Shown here in pieces: positions 29,400-44,000 of a stretch of DNA of 64,000 nucleotides. Under the pieces are notes generated by a model that did no database searches, was not told where the DNA came from, and was given only the letters and a program-made list of their open reading frames with translations. Every line of letters starts with the position of its first letter. The first letter of the stretch is position 1. Origin of the DNA: Octopus vulgaris (Eukaryota); NCBI GenBank assembly GCA_951406725.2, contig OX597815.1, positions 41,230,001-41,294,000 on the forward strand, written 5' to 3'. A program made the position numbers and the translations under genes.

Positions 29400-29400
<1 letters not shown>
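28123..29400 (+). mobile_element. Full-length mariner element (DD34D, irritans-like), 1278 bp
   Basis: 37-bp TIRs CGAGGGGCGTTCAATAAGTAATGCC(T/C)CTGACCCACTT with one mismatch, TA on both sides, and a transposase inside. Confidence 0.95.
28276..29327 (+). pseudogene. Mariner transposase with one nonsense codon and one frameshift
   Basis: ATG at 28276 (MEPVECRAVIRFLYLK), TGA at 28324, motifs WIPKLL, ITQDETW, LLQDNAPVH and YSPDLAPSDF. A 1-bp loss in the C run near 29108 shifts the frame. The second and third catalytic Asp are 34 residues apart. Confidence 0.92.
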
Positions 29401-29434
<34 letters not shown>

Positions 29435-30107
29435 GAGAGAGAGGGAGAAGAGTGTAAGAAAGAGATCCATATATATGAGTGTATCATTGTGTTTTCCACC
29501 ATCACCAGTTTGTTTACGCCTCTATAATTTAGTTTGGCAAAAGAGACCAATAGAATAGGTATTAGAGTCAAATTGCTTGTCTAAACCTTCCAAAGCAATG
29601 ACCCAATGAAGCTGCAGTCCAATGACTGAAATAAGTAAGATAAAAGATACCAAAGTAGATGGATCCATTTTCACAAATGTTTCTAGGAGTGTTTCATGCA
29701 ATAATATTTCCATTAAATTGAAATTATTTCCCAATTTTTTTACTGTTTTCTTTATTAAGTGGTTAAATAGTCTTCAGACAAAAATATTTCCATTAAATTT
29801 TCAAACTTAAAAACATCTAATTCATATTTTTCATGTGTGTTTAGTATGACCCTCATTTTATCTCAACTGGGAATATTCATACACTGCTTGCATCTAGTCA
29901 AGTGAAAATTTCTTATTCTGATTAATTAATAATGATAATAACAATTATGAATACACTCCAACCATTTGAATCATTAAAATTCATCTAAATAAGTAATGGG
30001 GGAAGAGAAAGCGTCTGTAATTAATTTTCATTATGATTCAGTATTTATCTGTCCAGCTAATTAATATCACTAACATTTTAAGTCACTGATTTTGCTTAAC
30101 GTTTTAA

Positions 30108-30323
30108 CCCTTTAGCAATCCGAATGTCAAATGTAATGCTTATTTATTCATACTCTTTTGAATTATTCATGCATTATCTTTTTGAGTTGAGAATTTCAAC
30201 AATGTGCTTGTTTATTTTTAGTATGACATTGTAGGGTAGGTGTGAGAGGCTGAATATAGCCAGTTTAAACACAAAACAGGTATAATATTTGGACCAGGTA
30301 TGATTGGTTTAAATGCTGAAAGG
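30108..30323 (-). mobile_element. piggyBac-like MITE, family B
   Basis: TTAA|CCCTTTAGC...GCTGAAAGG|TTAA. Internal sequence is the reverse complement of 51825-52045. Confidence 0.7.
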
Positions 30324-30432
30324 TTAAAATTACTTTCATTAACACCATCAACATGTATAAGCACAAGCCATAGAGAGTGGTTTTTATGTGGTCACATAAG
30401 ATACCAGAAATAGAAGCAAAATTAACGCGCAA

Positions 30433-30653
30433 CCCTTTCATTACTGTATTTATTTTGAGATGCTCTGTGTTTCTCTCAATTATTTTAAATATATGACAGA
30501 GAATTTAGTAAAACAACTTAGTTATCATTAAGCTAGTGTTAGGAACAAATTGTGACTAAGGTTTGGTGGAAGATTTTAATTCAAAACTTATGAAAACAAG
30601 ACATTTGTACTACAGAGCCAGAGCCAGTTTCAGCCGGGTTGGTAATGAAAGGG
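30433..30653 (-). mobile_element. piggyBac-like MITE, family A
   Basis: Reverse complement of 10376-10599, with ends CCCTTTCATTAC and GTAATGAAAGGG followed by TTAA. Confidence 0.75.
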
Positions 30654-32141
30654 TTAAATCGCATATTACAGTTTTCAAAAATATATCTCATTAGATACAC
30701 ACACAATGCCCCTCCTCCACCGCCACAAAAAAAAGAAGAAAAAAATCCCATTAGCATTAAGAAATGAACAAATCAATGGTTATGGCTAGAGAGCATTTTT
30801 TGGACAGGTCTACTCAATTAGCAACATATAAGCAGATCTATTCATATTTGCAACATATAAGCAAAACATTAGTTCTTTCTTTACTTAAAAATGATTATAT
30901 AATTGTGTGACAAAGCTACAAATTAGTTTATATGAATATGGAAAATTAGATGTGAAACTTGTGATGATATATATGAAACTGGTGAACATAAAGTTAGCAA
31001 ATTGAGAAAAATAACTGCTAAGTTTAAATGCCATGTAGTGAAATAAGAACATTCAATTGCATCCAAACAGTCCTATTAAGAAGCATATGTTTTTATTTTA
31101 ATATCCAGAACACCATTTATAATAATGCTGAGTTTCTATGAAACAGATTATTCTTGTCAAATCAGCCCAAACAAATCATTACACATAAAATGTAGGAGGA
31201 AAATCAGACCAGACCTGACCTTAGATCTTTCATCATTATCAAAAAACTGTTCTCAGTTTTCTTTGCAACATTCAAAATATTTAAGTTACAATAATAAGAG
31301 AAAATAAATCATCAAATATTCTATAGAAATTACCTGAGATTTAGAAATCTAGAGGTAAAAATATTCCTAACTAGTCTGAATTTGGCCACATGTCCAACAC
31401 TATGTATTGCTTAAGTTTCAAATAACAATAGCAATACAAAAGAGACAAGCAGGTAACAATACCAATACAAAGAAACAAGCAAAATATAATTTTAAATTTT
31501 ATTTTATTGAGCAAGAAACCATGCAATCAGACGAAAACACTATCTATGCAGGAGTGGTAACTGGTGTATTAGTAAAAACAATGAAGATAAATAAGTACAG
31601 ATGATGAAAGCAATCACATTTAAGGTTTGGTGTGCTATAAAGGTGATACAGTTTAACAGCATGTCCACACTGGATGCTAACTGGTTCAAATATGAAACAT
31701 TTTCTAAAAAATGTTGTTAATCTACGCCAACCCTGACACCCCTTTTTAATGCAAGTATTGTTGCTAGAGCAAAAAAAAGATGTTAAATATAAAATATATT
31801 TACCATTGAGCTAGTGTTAATATGAGAAGGAGAGTGAGAGAAAGAAGGAGGAAAGGAGCAGAAACAGTGCCATATGTATGGTATGCCATTTATTTATTTT
31901 TTTTAATTCTCCAATATTATTTGATTTAAAGGTGTTAGGGAAGAAAGTTGTAAAATAAGTTACTATTTCATGCAATAAAAAGCATATATTATATATATGA
32001 GAATAAATAGGAGAGATATTGGATATATTTAAAAGAGCAGCAATTTAAGGAAAATATTTTTTTTTAAATGTGTGTGCAATTATATATGGAAAGAAAAAAA
32101 AGGAGAGATAGCAGTAGTCAAATTTATTAAGTTTGACCTAC

Positions 32142-32288
32142 CGATAGCCGGCATTCCAATGATCTCAGTAACACTTGAGATCGGCTGTAGGATGCTCTTT
32201 GTAGTAGTAGTCAGGGCAACCACAGGACACGCAGTTGAAGGAGTAAGTGGAGAAGGAAGAGGAAAAGGAGGAGGTGGAGATGATGTTG
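32142..32288 (-). CDS. RPRD2: Probable 147-nt Pro/Ser/Thr-rich cassette exon of the RPRD2-like gene
   Basis: Acceptor gtgtctttcAG and donor GTAGGT. Phase 1-1, encodes ATSSPPPPFPLPSPLTPSTACPVVALTTTTKSILQPISSVTEIIGMPAI. It is a GC-richer island in AT-rich intron. Confidence 0.65.
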
Positions 32289-33214
32289 CTGAAAGACACA
32301 ACATCACTTTAAAAGACCAGCATCCAGAAAAAACACGGAAGACAACTATCAAAATGAAATTTGTAAGATAGAATAGCTGCCAACACTGTGACACTAACTG
32401 ATATAGATGCACTCTATATAATCAGCTAAGAAAAATGGCAGAATACAAAAAAAGCTTTTTTATATTCATATAAGCAAGCATCAATGAAAATTATGACAAA
32501 AAAATGTTCATAGAATTTTCAAAATCATTATTGTCAAATTTTTCAATCTGGCAATATAGCTTACAGACATCTCTCCTTACATTTCTGAAAGCATTCATGC
32601 CTTCTCAAATTATTTTAGTGTTTAACAGTTCATCGTTAATGTTCATCCCCCTCCTCTCCAGTCACTGCAGATATTCTACCAAGGGATAGGAATACACTTT
32701 TTACACATATCTTAACATGTGTGTATTTACCATTTTATGAAGAGGGGATTTAAAAAATTTCTTTTTTATTTCAAAGAGGTAGCAGTTCTCAAAACATTTA
32801 TTTCCCTACCCCTAAGCATTATTCCACCTCAAGCTTTATTCGTAATTTCTATCAACTCCTCTGCAGTGTCTACAGCCTTCACAATATGGCAATTTATATA
32901 TTCCAAAGGACTGTCCATATCAATCCTTCAGAGATCTTACAACACTTTTAGTGGATAAATTATGTGTACTACATATACAGTACTGAACTCGTTGCTGCTC
33001 TCTTCTGCAGTAGCTCAAAATCACCCCCTTGCTGCTGTTGGTGTTCTGTTGCTCTTACTATTTAGTCTTGGCCTGTCAAACTTGAAGCCTTTTGGCTTAA
33101 ATGAAATCTACCACATTTCAACCTCCATTTATCAGTTCTTCAATAGATTCTCGAACATGAATGTCTCGTAGATGTCAACTTGTACACAATCTTAATGACT
33201 TCAGTCATTCTTAC

Positions 33215-33271
33215 ACCGACTTCCAACGTCTGCACACAAAATCTGAATTTCACTCATTGGCCAAGGTCTTT
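33215..33271 (-). CDS. Candidate 57-nt cassette exon (ERPWPMSEIQILCADVGSR)
   Basis: Acceptor aattttttgacAG and donor GTAAGA. Phase 1-1, open in the host frame. No homology support. Confidence 0.4.
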
Positions 33272-35341
33272 CTGTCAAAAAATTACAGAATTTTGAAATT
33301 TTGACAAAAGTCAAAAAGCATTGGTCTTGAGCATTTCGAAGAAAGGAGTTTGGCGAGAAACCAACAGTTAATGCAAACAGCCAATAATTTATAAATTAAA
33401 TAGGTACCAGGTGAATTACAGGCTCAATGGAAGTAGTGGATAAGTTATGTTCTCTAGGTTGTATAATCAGAACTGGTAGTTTAGAGTTTAAACTGGATGG
33501 AACGTAAACATGGTTGTTTCAGCCTAAAACAATGTTTTTCACTCTCAGGCATGTGTAATAAATGAATTTATTGTATGTTCAAACCACCCAGGTAAAGCTT
33601 CTAACACCTACCCTACAATGTCGTTCTAAAAATAAACAATCTCATCATTGAAATTTTGAAGCAATGAGATAATGCATTCAAAATAATGTGAATAAAATCA
33701 GCATTACATCTGACAGAATAATCTGAATGCCAAAGGATAAAGTTGACTTAGTGGAGGTACAACATTAATTTACACACAAAAGCCTCAGCTTGTTATTTCA
33801 GAAAGCAACTAAGCACTGAAGGTCCTTAGTTGACAACTATGTTGTTATGGACACAATGCAAAAAAATGATGCATACAGGACAGGAGGGGAGAGAGGATAT
33901 GGTGCATTATTATATTATTATTATTATTATTATTAATGCAACTTGGTGGAGTCTTTTAAAATATTTATAATACAATCTATTCAATTGCTTCTTTATATTT
34001 TAACAATTAATTGAATAAAAATATTTCATCACACATCTATTATGATTTGATCACTGGTACTATAATAGATATCCATTTACATGCTAATAGCTAGTTCTTA
34101 TATACTAATTGTTTTCCCTTGTTTTTTTAAAGAGATGCTCTCCAGTTGAAAGAAAGAAAAGAGATGACAAAGGGATAACATATATATATATATCATCATC
34201 ATCATTTAACGTCCGTTTTCCATGCTAGCATGGGTTGGACGGTTCGACCGGGGTCTGGTAAGCCATGGAGGCTGCACCAGGCTCTAGTCTGATTTGGCAG
34301 TGTTTCTACAGCTGGATGCCCTTCCTAATGCCAACCACTCTGTGAGTGTAGTGGGTGTTTTTTACGTGCCACCAGCCACGATCGGTTGGTGCTTTTATGT
34401 GTCACCGACACGACGCTAGTATCTGCCACGTTCAGACGGTGCTTTTTACGTGTCACTGGCATGGGTGTCTTAACTACAATTTCCATTTGAATTTTTATTT
34501 TGATGTTGACGTACTTGACTCAACAGGTCTCATATATATATATCAAAATCTTGGACATACACAAACCCAAATATACACTTCAATTTGTTGCTACTGATGA
34601 CTACAACTAGTTTTACTATTACAACATTACATAAAAGGTCAACATCGGTAGGACAATCAGGTGGTGCTTGATGTAGTTGAGGTAAAGGTCAGCTCTGAAT
34701 AAGGAGGACCTATGACCAAAGGCCTTCTAGTCATGACTATATTGTCTCTAAATTTTTTACATAAAGTGTGTCGAAGAAGAGTTTCCTTTTAAGATGGTTG
34801 GCTGGGTAATGTGAAAGAGACTTGGCTGCTTTTTTCTTGCAGATGGGTATGTGTAGAGCATCCCTCACTATTTGTTTACACCTTTTTGTTTCAGGTGATG
34901 CTTTTAGTTCTTGTTTTTGTTATTTATTGTTCAATATTTAAATACAGTAAATTTACACTAAACACACAGTAATTATCAGCTTATGGCTTATGTCACAAGC
35001 TCAACATTTTCAAATTGTTGACTTCCATTAATTCTCTGGACATCATTTAACCTAATATACTGAGAGCTTATCAAGAAAGGGCATATGAATTCCTAGGTTT
35101 CGTGTTGACCTCATATACCATAAATATGTGGGTATGTATGAACACACACACACATGATTAATCCATATCTATGTACATGCATACTTACAATGTGTTAGTG
35201 TGTAAATCATAAGTCATCAACTTATAAACTTATCACCAAATAAAATTAAGAACTTTAGAAAACATTATGAAGTTTGAGTTAACAAAGGAAAGTTCAAAAT
35301 GTTGGCAGCTATTTAAAAAAATTTAGATCATACTAGTTCAT

Positions 35342-35384
<43 letters not shown>

Positions 35385-36789
35385 TTTAAAAATGTTTAAT
35401 GAATCTTTGTATTTTTTAATAGTGTGTAATAAACTGAAAATACTATAATTCAATGACAAAACATTGAGAATTAAAGATATTGGTGAGAATATAAAGAGTG
35501 AGAACTAAAAGATGTTTTCAAAGAGTCAAAACACAGAAATTTGCTGTGAAAATATGACATATCAACAATGAAACAGCCATACTATCATAATAAAAAATGC
35601 AACTTAAAATTCAACTGTTCAAAATTAAGGTAATTTAATAAGTTTATTAAAAAGAAAATTAAAAAAAGAGAATTTATAGAATAAATATCATCGGATATTG
35701 AAAATGTTTATTAAACAAGATGGAATAATCTGATATAGTTTCAATAATTGAACACCTATTATATTATTATTATATTATTTAGTCTCACACCTAGACATTC
35801 TTCATGGTTAATTTAACTCGTTCTCATTAAAAACTAGCATACTATAATTCAAATAAAGCATCATTACTATGGCAAGAAATGTTTTAAAATAGTCATAGCA
35901 AGATTGTCATTTTTAATTCCATAAACAGCTTTATTGGTTCCTCATTTAGTGTACAATCAAAGAGAAAAAAAACTGGGTGTCAAGATCTTGGTACATAGCT
36001 TCTAGTCTATCAGATATTTACTATAACTGCAAGTCACAGTTAAATAATTTTGGGGGAAAAAAAACCAACAAAAAAACAAATCACCACAAAACAAGATCAT
36101 AATATATAGAAAATGATCTTTTGATACAGTCACTGCAACGAACAAATGTTATTGAAACAGGCCACTGTTATAGGTTTTCAACATGACAAACACTAGGTTC
36201 CACAAAATATTAGCGAAATCCACCTTATACCCCCACACAAACCCATTATTAATGAGAAGACAACATAGGGTTTACATCCATATAATCTTTCTTTCTTCAC
36301 TACTGTGTAAGCTGGAAGTACAATATACACAATTCAACTGTCAGTAAAATACACAGAGAAACTAAACCTCATGATACTCTAAGTGAGATTCACTGACAAG
36401 AACACTAATTCTAAATGTTTGACAAACTGCATTAATTTCAGTAATATGAAACAGACAGAGAGGATATTCCTTCATGACCTACATGTCTACACACATATAT
36501 TGAAGAAGGCACTGTAAAGTGCAACATGAAGACAAAGACCGGGCTTATTGGTGGGTTCCACATTCCATTTCAGTATAGAACGATGTAGGCCATCAACATC
36601 AAGATAGGCTAGCATGTGGAATATGAACCAAATAATAGAAATAATAATATACAGAAAACAGGTGTTTACTATGGAATACAAAGTGCAAGATTGCATAATG
36701 TTTCTACAACTGTTATGTAAACAGCATTTTGCTGAGATGCTTGTATATTCTATAAAGCATTGAATATCATACCTGTTTTCTGTTTGTTG

Positions 36790-36970
36790 ACAAACAGACA
36801 GACAAATAGATAGATAGATAGATAGATAGAGAGAAAGAATGATAGATAGAGAGATAGATAGATAGAGAGATAAAGACAGAGAAGGAGGTAGATAGAGAGG
36901 GAGATAGATAGAGAGAGAGGGGGGAGATAGAGAAAGATAGATAGAGAGAGAGATAGACAGACAGACAGAG
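36790..36970. repeat. Compound (GATA)/(GACA)/(GA) microsatellite
   Basis: Directly visible. Confidence 0.9.
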
Positions 36971-39900
36971 GTTGCATAATAGATCAGTGGTCAGTGACTT
37001 CAAAATAAGAGCTACCTCAAGCCAGTGACCAAAATGATTTGGAGAAAAAAGACAAGAAAGTTGAAAGAGCTTTCCACTGGTCATAGATTAAGAAGATATC
37101 AATTATGACAGAAAAGGAAATAAAGACTAGCAACATACAGCAAAATTGATAGTTTTTATATGACAACCTGCTGAGGACTACAGAACAGATCTGAGCCTGG
37201 TGTAAGGTTCCAGCTAAATGAAAGATGACATGGAAGCAATATTGTAGCAAAGTCATAACAGCTAAGCAACAGACTTGGAATGACTGGAAAAAAGGGGGCA
37301 GCAGAGAAAAATATAAACCAGTATGTAGAAGAGAAAATAAACATTGAGTATACATAAAGTAAACTGAGCAAAATCAAAAGATTTGGGAAGGACAAGAGGA
37401 CTCTGATACCACCAAGGAAATGGCTGTGCTTCATTTCTCGAAAAGGAGTTGGTAGAAATTTCATGTGTGCCCAGTGTAAACAATAGACACACAGGTGGGC
37501 TAACGGAGGAGGTAGATTTCCTATGCAGTAAGTGCATTAGGGGAATGGATTCTCTCAAATGCCCAGGCTGTTTACTTGAAGTAGCTGATAGCTTTTGTTT
37601 TAGCTAGGTGAACTAATTAGGACAAGTGTTCGAAAGCATAATAGATAGAACAAGAATGGGTTGCAAAAAGTTCAGAGAGCTATTACCTCTGTTGGCAACA
37701 AAGGGTCTTCTCCTTCAAAATGTAGAGCAGCTTGGATTATGTTTGCATGCATCAAGCAATGACTGAGGACTGTATCGTCTGGCAATATGCAGTGTAAAGA
37801 AGACCTGACCTACAGTATAACTTGGTGAAATTCACATAAAAAGAGTGGAATCATGATCAAAACCAGGATATGTATAAATACTAAAGTCTCCTTGCTTACT
37901 CTATAACTTATCATCCACCTATCACCTCTTCTCCTACTCACCATACCAAGTCACTCACAAAATGCATCCTGAACCTTCCCTCCTACTCCCACTGTCCATA
38001 TCTTGCAACTCTTCTTACCTGTGTCATTCCAAATCTTAAGTGGAGAAATTTTGCTTCATATTTGTGGTATCTGATGAGCTTCTCCATTTACCTTCCTGAG
38101 CTGCTCACCACTGCCCCATCAACTCCACTTTCTGCTGGTCACATTTCCAGTCACGCATCACTCACTCTCTTCATCTTGACTATCCATCTCCATGTTCTCC
38201 CTTACTAGTTAACATTACCTCACCCCTGCCCTTCTATATTGCTGGCTGTTACTACCACTTCTCCAGGTAACACTTTACCTGTCAGCAGTCATTTCAATAT
38301 TCCACTTACAATCCATCCATCTTTACACACTCCTGTTACTAATTTTTACTCCTGTAGCACTATCTCTTCCATTTCTCCCCATCTCTTCTACCAATGTCCG
38401 CCCTCTACTATTGCCCTCTCTTCTACCCACCAATTAAGCTGAACAAATGGAGACAACAAAGAACAGTGAGGCTCTTGGAACAAGGTAACTTCACAAGCAC
38501 TGGTGTTAAAATAAAGCGCAACTTATGAAGTGGTGGATGAATGACTGGGAGTGTCACAGGTTCAAAAGAATCCTAAGACTTGTCTTGATAGGAACATGAC
38601 AACTTTTCTGATGTTGGTATCAGAAAAAATGCATCCAGTATATATTAAAAGGGTGGGTAGATATGTGGTGACATTTCAGAGTTCAGAAGAACTCTTTAAT
38701 CCAATTTTGTCAAGGACATGACCTTTCTAGAGCTGGTAGCATGAAAATACAACCAGTACACTCTGTAAAGTGCTTGGTGTTAGGAAGGGCATCAAGCTAT
38801 ACAAACCATGACAAATGAAAACAAACAAGACAAGTATGGTTCCATTCTAATACCTGAGAGGGCAATAACCCCAGACAAAAATGGATTCTAACTGTGAAAC
38901 ACAGTCAACCCATACCAGAATAGAAAGTAGATGTATAATGATAATATATGAGAGAGAAAGAGAAAAGAGAGCATTTTTAAATGTAACAATAGCATTAACA
39001 TCAATATTTCTTGAAGATGTAAGATTATTTTACACACACAATGAGTAAAATAAAAATGCCATCAAAATTTAATACCCTTACAGCTAGCTCTCTTAGAAAT
39101 AAGCTAACCAGTAATCCCAAAGGATTACTCTAACAAGATAACATGCACTCTTATATGAAGAGAGATCATTTTTGCTAGTTTGTGATTGCGTATGTTGCCC
39201 TTGCATGTTTGGTAGGTTGTTGAACAACTAAATACAAAACCCGGACTGAAAGAATCTCACCTAAAAAGGATGCTGCTGTTTGGATTATGAAGCATTGTCA
39301 CAAGGTTTGAAATTTGTTGCTAGAAATTTCACATGATGACCTCCTTAAATGAACATCAAAGTCTAGGTCTAAACTTTTGAGAATAACTGGTGTGATTGTG
39401 ATTGCATAGAGGACTTCTGGGTTGAGTAAAATGGATAACTTCTAGAAATCCTTGGCCTGGCAGTACTGCCAAGGTGCTCAACCAGATTTGTAATCACACA
39501 CATTGCAATGGAAAAATACGGACATCTTTGTTGAACTAGAAAGATTATCTTTGAGAGAAACCTAAAGACAGTTTCCTTCACCCTCATTGGCTTTCATCCC
39601 TGTTCTTCCCTTTTTTGCATAACTTTTTACAAGTAACTGCCTTTCCTACCATAAACCACTTTAGAGCATGATTTGTGGGTATTTTAGTACAGAAGTTGTG
39701 TTGCATAGTTTTTAATCAAAGTTTCTGCTCTCCTGAACATGTCTTTAAATTCTGTAGGTAAAAAGGTCTGGCTGAAAAAGTAATTATGTCATAGTGGCAA
39801 TTTATGATCCCTGTAAAAAAAAAACAGTGCTTCTATAATGTATGGGTGAATGATTAATTGCAGCTTACTGCTGGAATTCATGGTGGCTACCCTTAAGTGT

Positions 39901-40756
39901 ATTCTCTCTCTCTTGACTGTGAGCTTATGTTAAACAATTACTGCAACGTATAGAGCAGATTATGTTTTCTGTCAAGTCTATCATAAAGATGCATCTTCAC
40001 TTTTCTTTTTAACGAAAGAAATTAGGTAACATTTTTTTTGTGTCTGGAGGCCACAAACTGAGAGGTTTGAGCCAGATATTGTCCTTTCTGGTGAAACATT
40101 CACTGATTTTGTTGTTTTAAATAGAGTGCTTAACTAAATACTTCTACATTGCATTAATATTGCCTTATCAAAAGATCAAACCTCACAAGTTATTCATTAT
40201 CAATGGTAATAGAAAGGCATATCCTGTTCTTTGTTAACTTTTAAAAGTGCACTGTACAGTTAAGTTTTCTGTCAGACAATTTCAGTGCAGTATACACTGA
40301 TAGGTCTCTCTCTTGACATATAGTCTATCTACTAAGAGTACTCCACAGTTTGGTTATGCTTCCCATTGTACATTAATGATCTACTTGCTGATACTTATAA
40401 ATACATACCCTTCTATGTAGATGATACCACTCTCCACATTTAAAACCTTTTGCAGCACACAAATATCATTCACCTCCAACCTAACCAGTTTATGTCAGAC
40501 TTACAATGCTGACATGAATAGAAACCTTGAAAACAATTTCAATGGGGACTGGAAACCTAACGAATACTAGACATATTAGATTCACAACACATTCTTCCTA
40601 TGCTTGAACACACAAGCAATGCCCTCAAAATTCATAATCTCTGATGATCTCTCAGAGGCCATGCATTTTAAAGACTAGGCTTCCACTGCAGAAGCCAGAA
40701 CATATTTTAATCTTGCACCTTTGGAAAAGTGCTCTCACACTTAGGATGCTGCTGCT

Positions 40757-41048
<292 letters not shown>

Positions 41049-44000
41049 GTTTAGCTAATTGGCAAAAATCCACTAGAATGTTACAATTACTATCTCACAA
41101 GTCTGACTATTTCTTCTCTCAGCTAGTTTTACTGCAACTACAATGACTTCCACACTTCTGAACTTAAGCTGCTTATCATCACCTCTTTGGCACACCTGCT
41201 GCCCAAACTCATTGCCTTTACCTTTCAGACCACACAACAGACACTTTTCCCAATCATTCCTTTCTAAGGTGCAACCCTTAGAATTCCTCTCTTGTCTACC
41301 AATGTCCTCCCACCAGGCATCAGTTTACAGGAAGCTCAAACTGAACATCAATTCCACTACTCTGAGAGGACCTACAAAGATTACGAATGCTCCTTTCTGA
41401 CTTGCATACATATAAATTATTATCATTAGTTATTGGAAAGTGACAATCCATCAATGATTACAGTTAGCATGTGTGCAGTATAGGTTGAGAAACTACAATA
41501 AAAACACCAACATTACATACACATATAAATGTTCATGTGCACACTCACACTCAAATGCAAAGGCTAGTATCGGGTAGAACAAACTTGCTCGTAAGAGCCA
41601 CATGTGATAAACTACAGATGTTTGAGTTACAAGATATGAACAATATTTACATACAAGTTTATATTCTTCATCATCATCATTTAATGTCCGTTGTCCATGC
41701 TGGCATAGGTTGGATGGTTTGATCAAGGCTGGGAAGCTGCACCAGACTCCAGTCTGATTTGGCATGGTTTCTACAACTGGATGTCCTTCCTAATGCTAAC
41801 CACCCCAAGAGAGTAATGGGTGCTTTTATGTGCCACCAGTACAGGTGCCATTAGCATGACACCAGTATCTGCCATGACTGCAATTTTATTTGGCTTGATG
41901 GGTCTTCTTCTCAAGTACAACATAATGCCAAAAGTCTCAGTCATTGCCTCCATGAAGCCCAACACTCGAAAGGAGCTTTCTACCTGCCACCAGAAACAAC
42001 TACTTTGTGTCCGTGAGGCCCAACACTCAAAAGGTGCTTTTTACATGCCACCGGCATGGGTACCAGTTATGTGACACCAGTGCCAGCCACGACCCTGATT
42101 TCACTTGGTTTCAGATATACATGTACACAATAATAATATTCACTCGTAAATGTAATTGATAATGTGATTTAGTTTCAGTCATTACCAAGTATACATATAT
42201 ACCAAATGCTTTAAAAATTTTGACTGGTGATTGTTTTAACTTAATTGAGTGGCTTTAATACGATAATAAACTATGAGAACATCTTAGAAAAATAGTAATT
42301 TGCATTTCAGTAAATAAACTAAAACAAAAAATTAATTTCTTATTGATATTTGTCTTTAAATATCTGAAAACATGAGGGAAATGTATTTAAAAAAAACAAA
42401 AAAAACTAATAAACTTAGAGATATTTCAATCAGATACCACTAATTACAGTCTTGTAAAATTTTTATGACAAACAGACAATGCTACAATTATCAGATTATT
42501 TACTGCAAGTAAGAGCTCTTATGGGTCTCTATCTTGGCTGTAAATCATTGAAAATCCAGGTGATATGCTGTCATGGTTGAACAAATTAGTTCTGCCAAGT
42601 GGTTATTAAGGATTTGCATGATACTTCAACTTCACAAACTTAATTACAGATAGTGATTCAAAGTAGCATGTTGCGCTGACAACTGAGATGGATTTCGCAC
42701 TAGTTTTCTGTAGTTTAGAATATATTATTTCTGGAATTTGTTTCCAGAACTTGATTACAAACTGGGATTTCCATTTCTACAGTAGTTGATTATGAAACCA
42801 GATGCTAAAGAATCAGACATCTTGCACTGACACATCATTTAAGAATGGATTTACTAGACAGGTGAAGCAGTATCTTACAATTTATAGTCTTATATTTCAA
42901 TACCACAGAATGAATTTACTCTCTTACTGAGTAAGATCAGAAACAATTATGTTCTTCCCCAGCAATGCCAAGTCAAATTTTGCAGAAGATTCTTTACTTC
43001 AGTAAGAAACGTCAGAACTTGCATCCATTCATCCTTTTCCAGTTGAGAATAAAGACTTTTCTTTGAGAAAAAAATAATAAAAACATGGCTGTGTGGTTAA
43101 GAAGTCTGCTCCCCAGTCACATGGTTTTGAATTTGATCTCAGTGTGACATCCTGGCCAAGTGTCTTCTACTATAATCCTAGGCCAACCGAAGATCTGGTA
43201 AGCCACACAGCTGTGCCAAGCTCTTGTGTCTGCTTTGGTAGGTTTTCTATGGTTTGATGCCCTATTTAACACCAACCACCTTAGAGTGTGTATTGGGTGC
43301 TAGTGAGATTGCCAGCTAAGTTGTAAGACAGAAAAGAATAGGAAAGACAAAAGCTGCCCCCCCCCCCCGCCACGATGAGTCGTGGTGGTGGAGTATTAGG
43401 AAGGAGGAGGTGGTTTTATATTAGGTGTTGAAAGCTTAAAGTATGACAGAGGGACAAGCATAGGTGTCTTGCTATAGATAAGATACACTGCTACCCCACA
43501 TTATAAAGGGGGAGAGATACATACATAGTAGCAATTGGGAAGATGAAGACAAGAAATATCATAGTGGTGGAATGCCAGAGCAAACTCTCAGTAAAGCAGA
43601 GCACTCCCATATTTCACTACTCTGTAGCTTTCTAACTTCCTTAAGTTTTAATGTTATTTTGAGTTTATAAATGCCTAAGAAAAGGAAAGTGGGAGGAATA
43701 GTTAAGTAAACTGATCCAAGTTATGTTTAATGAAGTAAACAGTTAGGTGAGTAAATGACTATGTGTATGCCATTTGCTGAGTGAACCTTGGCTGCTATGA
43801 GCAACCACATGCAGGCTGTTGTTGAATTCCAGTTAGCCCTGACCAAACAGACCTCTTATGATCAAAGGATTCCAGCCATGACCATCCATCTTTTTCTTAT
43901 GTGAAAGACACCCGTGACCACATTATCTAACACCATTCTCTAAGACAGAAAGATGCGATTTGAAAGGGATTCGATTGTTATTTCTAGTAAGTAGAGTGTG

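Noticed and set aside
36540-36608. Possible 69-nt phase 1-1 exon (AYLDVDGLHRSILKWNVEPTNKP) on the minus strand
   Set aside because: It is open in the host frame, but the donor GTCTTT is poor and there is no homology support. Worth a glance in RNA-seq only.
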